In this document: one piece after another, positions 1 to 7,414 of the stretch | Layout of the letters: every line of letters starts with the position of its first letter | Position numbering within the stretch: the stretch's first letter is position 1 | From: Pseudomonas aeruginosa | GTDB taxonomy: Bacteria; Pseudomonadota; Gammaproteobacteria; Pseudomonadales; Pseudomonadaceae | Assembly: GCF_001457615.1 (NCBI RefSeq) | Contig: NZ_LN831024.1 | Span: 3,570,001-3,602,000, forward strand | Direction of reading: 5' to 3' | DNA length: 32,000 nt | Program-made: the position numbers and the translations under genes | Notes under the pieces: generated by a model | Told to the model about the DNA's origin: nothing | The model's database searches: none | Seen by the model: only the letters and a program-made list of their open reading frames with translations

Positions 1-28
1 AAGCGCCCCGCGGGGCGCTTTCTTGTTT
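1..28. terminator. GC-rich hairpin plus T-rich tract; intrinsic terminator 3' of miaE and probably of an unseen + strand gene to the left
   Basis: aaGCGCCC-cgcg-GGGCGCtt stem-loop at 1-20, followed by tcttgttt. It lies 14 nt beyond the miaE stop codon (34-36 on the minus strand). Confidence 0.55.
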
Positions 29-33
29 CCGGC

Positions 34-645
34 TCAGGCCACCAGGTCCACCGGGAGGCCGCTATGGAAGCGGAATTCGTTGTCCGGACTGCTGATCAGC
101 TCGGCCTCCTTGGCCCGCACCACCTCGATCGTCCGCTCCACGTCGGCCTCGTCGCCGTACTGGTAGGCCAGCTTCAGGTAGTCCTGGAAATGCCGCGACT
201 CGGACTTCAGCAAACCGCCGTAGAATTTCGCCAGCTCCGCGTCCAGGTGCGGCACCAGGGCGGCGAAGCGCTCGCAGGAACGCGCCTCGATGAAGGCGCC
301 GACCACCAGCGTATCGGTCAGCCGCTGCGGCTCCTGCTTGCGCACCAGGTCGCGCAGCGCCGAGGCGTAGCGGGAGGCGCTGACATTGACCACCGGGATA
401 CCGCGTTTCTTCAGGATCGCCAGCACCTGCTCGAAGTGGCGCAGCTCCTCGCGCGCCAGGCGGCTCATCTTGTTCACCAGGTCCAGGCGGCCGGAGTACT
501 TGCCGATCAGTTGCATCGCCGTCGCCGCGGCCTTCATCTCGCAGGCCTTGTGGTCCAGCAGCATGACGTCCTGGCGCTCCAGGGCCGCCTCGACCCAGGC
601 GGCGGGAGTGGAACAGGCAAGGAATTGGTCGATCTCGGGCAACAT
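34..645 (-). CDS. miaE: tRNA-(ms2io6A)-hydroxylase MiaE, a ferritin-like di-iron enzyme
   Basis: The ORF 34..657 translates to MLPEIDQFLACSTPAAWV...DHKACEMKAA...EELRHFEQV...ESRHFQDY, giving two ExxH di-iron motifs. The N-terminus aligns with my memory of enterobacterial MiaE. ATG at 645 is preferred; the GTG at 657 used by the track adds 4 codons and has no SD. Confidence 0.75.
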   Translation of the reverse strand: MLPEIDQFLACSTPAAWVEAALERQDVMLLDHKACEMKAAATAMQLIGKYSGRLDLVNKMSRLAREELRHFEQVLAILKKRGIPVVNVSASRYASALRDLVRKQEPQRLTDTLVVGAFIEARSCERFAALVPHLDAELAKFYGGLLKSESRHFQDYLKLAYQYGDEADVERTIEVVRAKEAELISSPDNEFRFHSGLPVDLVA

Positions 646-748
646 GGTGCAGGTCACTCATTCTGGAAAGGGCCTGCCATGACGCTGGTCGGGGCAGGAA
701 AGGCGGAGCATTATACGGAAGCTGCGGCGGTCGGGCAGGCCGACCCGT

Positions 749-762
749 TTGATATGCATCAA
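749..762 (+). promoter_or_regulatory. Anr/FNR-type box TTGAT-N4-ATCAA upstream of uspL
   Basis: Perfect palindrome TTGATatgcATCAA, centred about 72 nt upstream of the uspL ATG. That position is compatible with a class II (-41.5) site and a short 5' UTR. P. aeruginosa usp genes are known Anr targets. Confidence 0.7.
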
Positions 763-827
763 GAGCAGCGGCTGGATTGCGTCTAGAGTTGTTTCAGCGA
801 TAACCACAAGCACTCAGGGAGACGATC

Positions 828-1691
828 ATGCAAGCCATTCGCAGCATCCTCGTGGTGATTGAACCGGACCAGCTGGAAGGTCTCGCCCTGAAACGGGCAC
901 AACTGATCGCCGGCGTGACCCAGTCGCACCTGCACCTGCTGGTCTGCGAGAAGCGCCGCGACCACAGCGCCGCTCTCAACGACCTGGCCCAGGAGCTGCG
1001 CGAGGAAGGCTACAGCGTCTCGACCAACCAGGCCTGGAAGGACTCCCTGCACCAGACCATCATCGCCGAGCAACAGGCCGAAGGCTGCGGGCTGATCATC
1101 AAGCAGCACTTTCCCGACAACCCGCTGAAAAAGGCCATCCTCACCCCGGACGACTGGAAGCTGCTGCGCTTCGCGCCCTGTCCGGTACTGATGACCAAGA
1201 CCGCCCGGCCCTGGACGGGCGGAAAGATCCTCGCCGCGGTCGACGTCGGCAACAACGACGGCGAGCACCGCTCCCTGCACGCCGGGATCATCAGCCATGC
1301 CTACGACATCGCCGGCCTGGCCAAGGCCACGCTGCACGTGATCAGCGCCCACCCCTCGCCGATGCTCTCCTCCGCCGACCCGACCTTCCAGCTCAGCGAA
1401 ACCATCGAGGCCCGCTATCGCGAGGCCTGCCGCACCTTCCAGGCCGAGTACGGTTTCAGCGACGAACAATTGCACATCGAGGAAGGTCCGGCCGACGTGC
1501 TGATCCCGCGCACCGCGCAGAAGCTCGACGCGGTGGTCACCGTGATCGGCACCGTGGCGCGCACCGGGTTGTCCGGCGCGCTGATCGGCAATACCGCGGA
1601 AGTGGTGCTGGATACCCTGGAAAGCGACGTGCTGGTGTTGAAGCCGGACGACATCATCGCCCACCTGGAGGAGCTGGCCAGCAAGGAGTGA
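828..1691 (+). CDS. uspL: tandem universal stress protein (UspE-type, two Usp domains)
   Basis: 287-aa ORF with ATG preceded by GGGAGA. It has two Usp-like halves (ILVVIEP... and ILAAVDVG...GNTAEVVLDTLESDVLVLKP). The symbol is recalled from the P. aeruginosa literature (PA1789). Confidence 0.8.
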   Translation: MQAIRSILVVIEPDQLEGLALKRAQLIAGVTQSHLHLLVCEKRRDHSAALNDLAQELREEGYSVSTNQAWKDSLHQTIIAEQQAEGCGLIIKQHFPDNPLKKAILTPDDWKLLRFAPCPVLMTKTARPWTGGKILAAVDVGNNDGEHRSLHAGIISHAYDIAGLAKATLHVISAHPSPMLSSADPTFQLSETIEARYREACRTFQAEYGFSDEQLHIEEGPADVLIPRTAQKLDAVVTVIGTVARTGLSGALIGNTAEVVLDTLESDVLVLKPDDIIAHLEELASKE

Positions 1692-1710
1692 CCGCTGGTC
1701 GGACGAAAAC

Positions 1711-1731
1711 GCCGCCCAAGGGCGGCTTTTT
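1711..1731. terminator. bidirectional intrinsic terminator between uspL and the DUF1289 gene
   Basis: GCCGCC-caag-GGCGGC hairpin flanked by gaaaac on the left and ttttt on the right. It sits between two convergent stop codons (1691 and 1747). Confidence 0.75.
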
Positions 1732-1746
1732 CGCTGGAGACACCGC

Positions 1747-2214
1747 CTATCTGTCGATCGCCTGCAGGAACGAGGGCGCGATGTAGCGCTGGTAATGCGC
1801 TTCCGACAGCAGGAAGAATTCCCGGTCGATGGCATCGCGCAGGTCCGGCAGGCTCCAGTCGCGGAATTCCGGCAGCAGTGCCACGCCGTAGGCTTCGATC
1901 TGGTTGATCAGCCGGGAACCGCGGGCGATCAACTGGTAGGCCCAGCAATAGGGAGACTGCTCGGGGACGAAACGGATCTGCCGCTGCTCCAGTTGCAGGC
2001 GCAGGCGCGCGGCGTCGAAGACTTCCAGCTTGGCGGCCATCACCTGGGCCAGCAACTGCTCAAGGCGACTCCAGACAGCCCGCTTTTCCTCGGCGTCGTA
2101 GAGGTTCCAGTTGACCACCTCATGGTGGAAACGCTTGCAGCCACGGCATACCAGGTCGCCGTATACCGTGGAGCAAAGCCCTACGCAGGGGGTTTTGATT
2201 CTTTGCGAAGACAT
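1747..2214 (-). CDS. DUF1289-family small Cys-rich protein (putative Fe-S/metal-binding), function unknown
   Basis: 155-aa ORF with an ATG start. The N-terminal TPCVGLCSTVYGDLVCRGCKRFHHEVVNW matches the DUF1289 CxGxC...CxGC pattern. Confidence 0.7.
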   Translation of the reverse strand: MSSQRIKTPCVGLCSTVYGDLVCRGCKRFHHEVVNWNLYDAEEKRAVWSRLEQLLAQVMAAKLEVFDAARLRLQLEQRQIRFVPEQSPYCWAYQLIARGSRLINQIEAYGVALLPEFRDWSLPDLRDAIDREFFLLSEAHYQRYIAPSFLQAIDR

Positions 2215-2353
2215 GGCCGGGACAACGAAAACAAAGCGGCATCTTAGCCCTTTGTCTAATCAAGTTCACCCCGTGGTTCCTAGGGTTTCCGACTTAACTT
2301 TGCGTCGAGTTTCCAGTAACATTGGCCCGCCTTTTTAGGCGCCAATGTCCGTT

Positions 2354-2476
2354 AGAAGCTGTTTTCAAAGCGTCACGAGCACAGTTTCCGGCAGGTACGC
2401 TGGCGACGGCGCCTCCCTCAAGCGTCTCGCCAGCCCCACCCCAGCCCGCCGGCGTAAAACTTTGAAAACAGCTTCT
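2354..2476. repeat. 123-nt element bounded by a perfect 17-bp inverted repeat with nested internal helices
   Basis: AGAAGCTGTTTTCAAAG (2354-2370) is the exact reverse complement of CTTTGAAAACAGCTTCT (2460-2476). Inside it, CCGGC (2388-2392) pairs with GCCGG (2448-2452), and GCTGGCGA (2399-2406) pairs with TCGCCAGC (2427-2434). Confidence 0.8.
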
Positions 2477-2595
2477 GTCTGGAACCTGCCGATGCCCTCG
2501 TAGGTTGGTGGATTACCGTCCACCTGGGCCTGACGAGCGGATCTGCGTCGGTTCCTGGATACGTGTCCCCCGGGACCACTGATGAGGGAAATACT

Positions 2596-5204
2596 GTGCT
2601 TGAAGCCTACCGCAAACACGTAGAAGAGCGTGCCGCCCAGGGTGTCGTGCCCCAACCGCTGAACGCCGAACAGACCGCAGGCCTGGTCGAGCTGCTGAAG
2701 AACCCGCCGGCCGGCGAAGAAGAATTCCTCCTTGACCTGATCACCAACCGCGTACCGCCGGGCGTCGACGAAGCCGCCTACGTCAAGGCCGGTTTCCTTT
2801 CCGCCATCGTCAAGGGCGAAGCCACCTCCCCCCTTATCGACAAGCAACGTGCCGCCGAGCTGCTGGGCACCATGCAGGGCGGCTACAACATCGCCACCTT
2901 GGTCGAGCTGCTGGACGACGCCGAACTGGCCAACACCGCCGCCGAACAGCTGAAGCACACCCTGCTGATGTTCGACGCCTTCCACGACGTCGCCGAGCGC
3001 GCCAAGAAGGGCAATGCCGCGGCCAAGTCCGTGCTGCAATCCTGGGCCGATGGCGAGTGGTTCAAGGCCAAGCCGGAAGTCCCGGAAAAGCTGACTCTCA
3101 CCGTATTCAAGGTCCCCGGCGAAACCAACACCGACGACCTCTCCCCGGCCCCGACGCCTGGTCGCGCCCGGACATCCCGCTGCACGCCCTGGCCATGCTG
3201 AAGATGGCCCGCGACGGCATCGAGCCGGTCCAGCCGGGTTCGGTCGGTCCGCTGAAGCAGATCGAAGCGGTCAAGGCCAAGGGCTTCCCGGTCGCCTACG
3301 TCGGCGACGTGGTCGGCACCGGTTCCTCGCGCAAATCCGCCACCAACTCGGTGCTGTGGTTCTTCGGCGACGACATTCCGTTCGTGCCGAACAAGCGTGC
3401 CGGCGGCTTCTGCTTCGGCACCAAGATCGCACCGATCTTCTACAACACCATGGAAGATGCCGGCGCCCTGCCGATCGAGTTCGACTGCACCAACCTGGCC
3501 ATGGGCGACGTCATCGACGTATACCCCTATGAAGGCAAGGTCGTTCGCCACGACAGCGGCGAAGTGGTCACCACCTTCGAGCTGAAGACCCCGGTCCTGC
3601 TCGACGAAGTCCGCGCCGGCGGCCGTATCCCGCTGATCGTCGGCCGTGGCCTGACCGAGAAGGCCCGCGCCGAGCTGGGCCTGGGCGCCTCCGACCTGTT
3701 CCGCAAGCCGGAAGCACCGGCCGATAGCGGCAAGGGCTTCACCCTGGCGCAGAAAATGGTCGGCCGCGCCTGCGGTCTGCCGGAAGGCCAGGGCGTGCGC
3801 CCGGGCACCTACTGCGAACCGAAGATGACCACCGTCGGTTCCCAGGACACCACCGGCCCGATGACCCGCGACGAACTGAAGGACCTCGCCTGCCTCGGCT
3901 TCTCCGCCGACCTGGTGATGCAGTCCTTCTGCCACACCGCGGCCTATCCGAAGCCGATCGACGTCAAGACCCACCACACCCTGCCCGACTTCATCATGAC
4001 CCGTGGCGGCGTGTCGCTGCGTCCGGGCGACGGCATCATCCACAGCTGGCTGAACCGCATGCTGCTGCCCGATACCGTTGGTACCGGCGGCGACTCGCAC
4101 ACCCGCTTCCCGATCGGCATCTCGTTCCCGGCCGGCTCCGGCCTGGTGGCCTTCGCCGCCGCCACCGGCGTGATGCCGCTGGACATGCCGGAGTCGGTGC
4201 TGGTGCGCTTCAAGGGCAAGCTGCAACCGGGCATCACCCTGCGTGACCTGGTCCATGCGATCCCTTACTACGCGATCCAGCAGGGCCTGCTGACCGTCGA
4301 GAAGAAAGGCAAGAAGAACATCTTCTCCGGCCGCATCCTCGAGATCGAAGGCCTCAACGACCTGACCGTGGAGCAGGCCTTCGAGCTGTCCGACGCCTCG
4401 GCCGAGCGTTCCGCCGCCGGCTGCACCATCAAGCTGCCGGAACAGGCGATCGCCGAGTACCTGAAGTCCAACATCACCCTGCTGCGCTGGATGATCGGCG
4501 AAGGCTACGGCGACCCGCGCACCCTGGAGCGTCGCGCCCAGGCGATGGAAGCCTGGCTGGCCAAGCCGGAGCTGCTGAAAGCCGACAAGGACGCCGAGTA
4601 CGCCGCGGTGATCGAGATCGACCTGGCCGACGTCAAGGAGCCGGTGCTCTGCGCGCCGAACGATCCGGACGACGCGCGTCTGCTGTCGAGCGTACAGGGC
4701 CGCAAGATCGATGAAGTGTTCATCGGCTCCTGCATGACCAACATCGGTCACTTCCGCGCCGCCGGCAAGCTGCTGGACAAGGTCAAGGGCGGTATCCCGA
4801 CCCGTCTGTGGCTGGCTCCGCCGACCAAGATGGACGCCCACCAGCTGACCGAGGAAGGCTACTACGGCATCTACGGCAAGGCTGGCGCGCGCATGGAAAT
4901 GCCGGGCTGCTCGCTGTGCATGGGCAACCAGGCTCGCGTCCAGACCGGTTCCACCGTGGTCTCCACTTCGACCCGTAACTTCCCGAACCGTCTGGGCGAT
5001 GCCACCGATGTGTTCCTGGCATCGGCCGAGCTGGCGGCGGTCTCCTCGATCCTCGGCAAACTGCCGACCGTGGAGGAGTACATGGCCTACGCGAAGGACA
5101 TCGACAGCATGGCTGCCGACGTCTACCGCTACCTCAGCTTCGACCAGATCGCCGAGTTCCGCGAAGCGGCTGCGAACGCCAAGATCCCGGTCGTCCAGGC
5201 CTGA
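2596..5204 (+). pseudogene. acnB: aconitate hydratase B / 2-methylisocitrate dehydratase (AcnB), reading frame broken by a 1-nt deletion at 3153/3154
   Basis: GTG 2596 (GAGGGA SD 6 nt upstream) starts VLEAYRKHVEERAAQG...[16 protein letters not shown]. The frame then runs into a stop at 3201. The -1 frame continues [17 protein letters not shown]...[14 protein letters not shown]... to 5204. The span is 2609 nt, not a multiple of 3; adding 1 nt gives 869 aa, the expected AcnB size. Confidence 0.9.
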
Positions 5205-5223
5205 TCCAGCGACGCGTCGAACA

Positions 5224-5250
5224 AGCCCCGCCCCGTGCGGGGCTTTTTCT
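5224..5250 (+). terminator. intrinsic terminator of acnB
   Basis: AGCCCCGC-cccgt-GCGGGGCT hairpin followed by tttttctt, 20 nt after the acnB stop. Confidence 0.85.
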
Positions 5251-5276
5251 TGCCCGGCGAAAACCCCCGCGCCGCC

Positions 5277-5292
5277 TGGCATAGCGCTTGCT
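5277..5292 (+). promoter_or_regulatory. sigma54 (RpoN) -24/-12 promoter upstream of nasS
   Basis: TGGCAT-agcgc-TTGCT, with GG-N10-GC spacing matching the TGGCAC-N5-TTGCW consensus. It lies about 90 nt upstream of the nasS ATG. Confidence 0.6.
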
Positions 5293-5381
5293 GTGGCAGC
5301 TATGGAAAAGCGCGCCGACGACGGCGCCGGCGCACTGGAAAACGGGACGGCCCGCGCCGCCCTCCCGCACTCGAGGTGGTG

Positions 5382-6590
5382 ATGACAGACAGAGCGATAC
5401 GCAGCCAGGCCTGGGCCGGCGGTTCCGACGCACCGGAAAAGAGCGCCCTGGACATCGGTTTCATGGCGCTGACCGATTCGGCCTCGCTGATCGTGGCCGC
5501 CACCCAGGGCTTCGCCCAGCCCTACGGCCTCACGCTCAATCTCAGGCGCCAACCGTCCTGGGCCGCCTTGCGCGACAAGCTGCTCAGCGGCGAGCTGGAT
5601 GCCGCGCAGTGCCTGTACGGGCTGGTCTACGGCGTCCAGCTCGGCCTCGGCGGCAGCGCGGCAAGCGAGATGGCGGTGCTCATGGGACTGTGCCAGAACG
5701 GCCAGGCGATCAATCTTTCCGAACCGCTGAAGCAGGCTGGCGTGACCAGTGCGGAGGCACTGCTCCGGCATCGGCGCCAGAATGGTGCACGCCTGACCCT
5801 GGCGCAGACCTTTCCCACCGGTACCCACGCGCTCTGGCTGAACTACTGGCTGGCGAGCATCGGTCTGCATCCGCTGCACGACGTGCACAGCGTGGTGGTT
5901 CCACCGGCGCAGATGGTCGGCCATCTCCAGGCCGGGCGCATCGACGGGTTCTGCGCCGGCGGTCCCTGGGGCGCCCTGGCCGTGGACCAGGGCCAGGGCT
6001 TCACCATCGCCACCAGCCAGGCGATCTGGCCGGACCACCCGGAAAAGGTCCTCGGCACTACCCGCGCCTTCGTCGACGCCTACCCGAACACCGCCCGCGC
6101 GCTGGTCATGGCGGTCCTCGACGCCAGCCGCTTCATCGAACAGAACGCCGAGAACCGCCTGGGCACCGCGCAACTGATCAGCGGCCGCGACTATGTCGAC
6201 GCTCCGCTCGGCGCGATCCAGCCGCGCTTCTTCGGCCGCTACCAGGACGGCCTCGGCAACGCCTGGCAGGACCCGCATCCGCTGCGTTTCTATGCCGACG
6301 GCGAAGTCAACCGGCCCTGGCTCTCGGATGGCATGTGGTTCATGACCCAATTCCGCCGCTGGGGCCTGCTGCGCGAAGACCCGGACTACCTGGGCATCGC
6401 CCGCAGGGTCCAGCAGACCGCGCTGTACCGCGATGCCGCGACGGCCCTTGGCCTGTGCCTGGACGGCGCCGACATGCGCCGCTCGACACTGATCGACGGG
6501 CGCACCTGGGACGGCAGCGACCCCGCCGGCTACGCCCGCAGCTTCCCGATCCACGCCCTGGCCGAAACCGGCCAGGGCATCGACCTCTGA
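5382..6590 (+). CDS. nasS: nitrate/nitrite-sensing NrtA-like protein NasS (partner/inhibitor of NasT)
   Basis: ATG 5382 is preceded by GAGGTGG. The 402-aa product (DIGFMALTDSASLIVAATQGF...) has a periplasmic-binding-protein/NMT1-like fold with no signal peptide. It sits immediately upstream of the ANTAR regulator gene. Confidence 0.85.
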   Translation: MTDRAIRSQAWAGGSDAPEKSALDIGFMALTDSASLIVAATQGFAQPYGLTLNLRRQPSWAALRDKLLSGELDAAQCLYGLVYGVQLGLGGSAASEMAVLMGLCQNGQAINLSEPLKQAGVTSAEALLRHRRQNGARLTLAQTFPTGTHALWLNYWLASIGLHPLHDVHSVVVPPAQMVGHLQAGRIDGFCAGGPWGALAVDQGQGFTIATSQAIWPDHPEKVLGTTRAFVDAYPNTARALVMAVLDASRFIEQNAENRLGTAQLISGRDYVDAPLGAIQPRFFGRYQDGLGNAWQDPHPLRFYADGEVNRPWLSDGMWFMTQFRRWGLLREDPDYLGIARRVQQTALYRDAATALGLCLDGADMRRSTLIDGRTWDGSDPAGYARSFPIHALAETGQGIDL

Positions 6591-6606
6591 CCCTGGTGCG
6601 CCCGCC

Positions 6607-7185
6607 ATGCTGCGTATCCTGCTGATCGACGACACGCCGAAGAAAGTCGGACGCCTCAGGGCCGCCCTGCTCGAGAGCGGTTTCGAAGTGGTGGACGAGT
6701 CGGGGTTGACCATCGACCTGCCGGCGCGCGTCGAAGCGCTGCGTCCCGACGTGATCCTGATCGACACGGAGTCTCCCGGCCGCGACGTGATGGAGCAGGT
6801 CTGCCTGGTCAGCCGCGACCAGCCGCGCCCGATCGTGATGTTCACCGACGAGCACGATCCGGGAGTGATGCGCCGCGCCATCCAGTCCGGGGTCAGCGCC
6901 TACATCGTCGAAGGCATCCAGGCCAGCCGCCTGCAACCGATCCTCGACGTCGCCATGGCGCGCTTCGAGAGCGACCAGGCGCTGCGCGCTCAACTGCAGG
7001 CGCGCGAGGCGCAGCTGGCCGAGCGCAAGCGCATCGAGCTGGCCAAGGGCCTGCTGATGAAGATGAAGCATTGCGGCGAGGAGGAGGCCTACACGCTGAT
7101 GCGACGCCAGGCCATGAGCCGCCAGCAGAAGCTGATCCAGGTCGCCGAGCAGATCATCGCCATGCACGACATGCTCGGCGGCTGA
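6607..7185 (+). CDS. nasT: response-regulator receiver + ANTAR RNA-binding antiterminator NasT
   Basis: 192 aa. The N-terminus is a receiver domain (MLRILLIDD...). The C-terminus has the ANTAR signature (ERKRIELAKGLLMKMKHCGEEEAYTLMRRQAMSRQQKL). Confidence 0.9.
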   Translation: MLRILLIDDTPKKVGRLRAALLESGFEVVDESGLTIDLPARVEALRPDVILIDTESPGRDVMEQVCLVSRDQPRPIVMFTDEHDPGVMRRAIQSGVSAYIVEGIQASRLQPILDVAMARFESDQALRAQLQAREAQLAERKRIELAKGLLMKMKHCGEEEAYTLMRRQAMSRQQKLIQVAEQIIAMHDMLGG

Positions 7186-7414
7186 ATCCGGCTGGGCAGC
7201 TGGCGATCATATCGCCAGCCACCCTGCTGGCCCCCGGCGCAGAGCGGCGCGGCTATGCTCGTGCGCCCGGAACGGCCCTATCCGTTCTGGGAGCTACCCC
7301 CTCGCCACCCTCGACTAGCATGACCAGGGAGGCCCGCAGTGGACGCCCAGGGCTAGGAGCCGCAGGCGTCCGCCCGAACCGCACCGCCGACTCAGCGGTC
7401 AGGAGATGCTCAGC

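Noticed and set aside
783-1835. 350-aa minus-strand ORF opposite uspL
   Set aside because: It is antisense to a gene with clear Usp-domain motifs, an SD and an Anr box. No motifs are present in the translation.
3141-3160. Programmed -1 ribosomal frameshifting as the explanation for the acnB frame break
   Set aside because: Orthologues encode a continuous ORF. The site is a simple loss of one G in a CCCCGG tandem repeat. There is no X_XXY_YYZ slippery heptamer, and I saw no obvious downstream stimulatory structure. Mutation or sequencing error is far more likely.
5312-5327. GCGCC-GACGAC-GGCGC hexaloop hairpin in the putative nasS leader, considered as a NasT autoregulatory site
   Set aside because: There is only one hairpin. 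The loop starts with G rather than the conserved A, and no terminator follows, so it does not fit the dual-hairpin ANTAR target pattern.
2883-6881. 1332-aa minus-strand ORF, the longest in the track
   Set aside because: It runs antisense to acnB, nasS and nasT, which all have strong homology-type signatures. Its translation is an Ala/Gly/Arg/Val-rich low-complexity string with no recognisable motifs. This is a typical stop-codon-poor shadow frame of 65% GC DNA.
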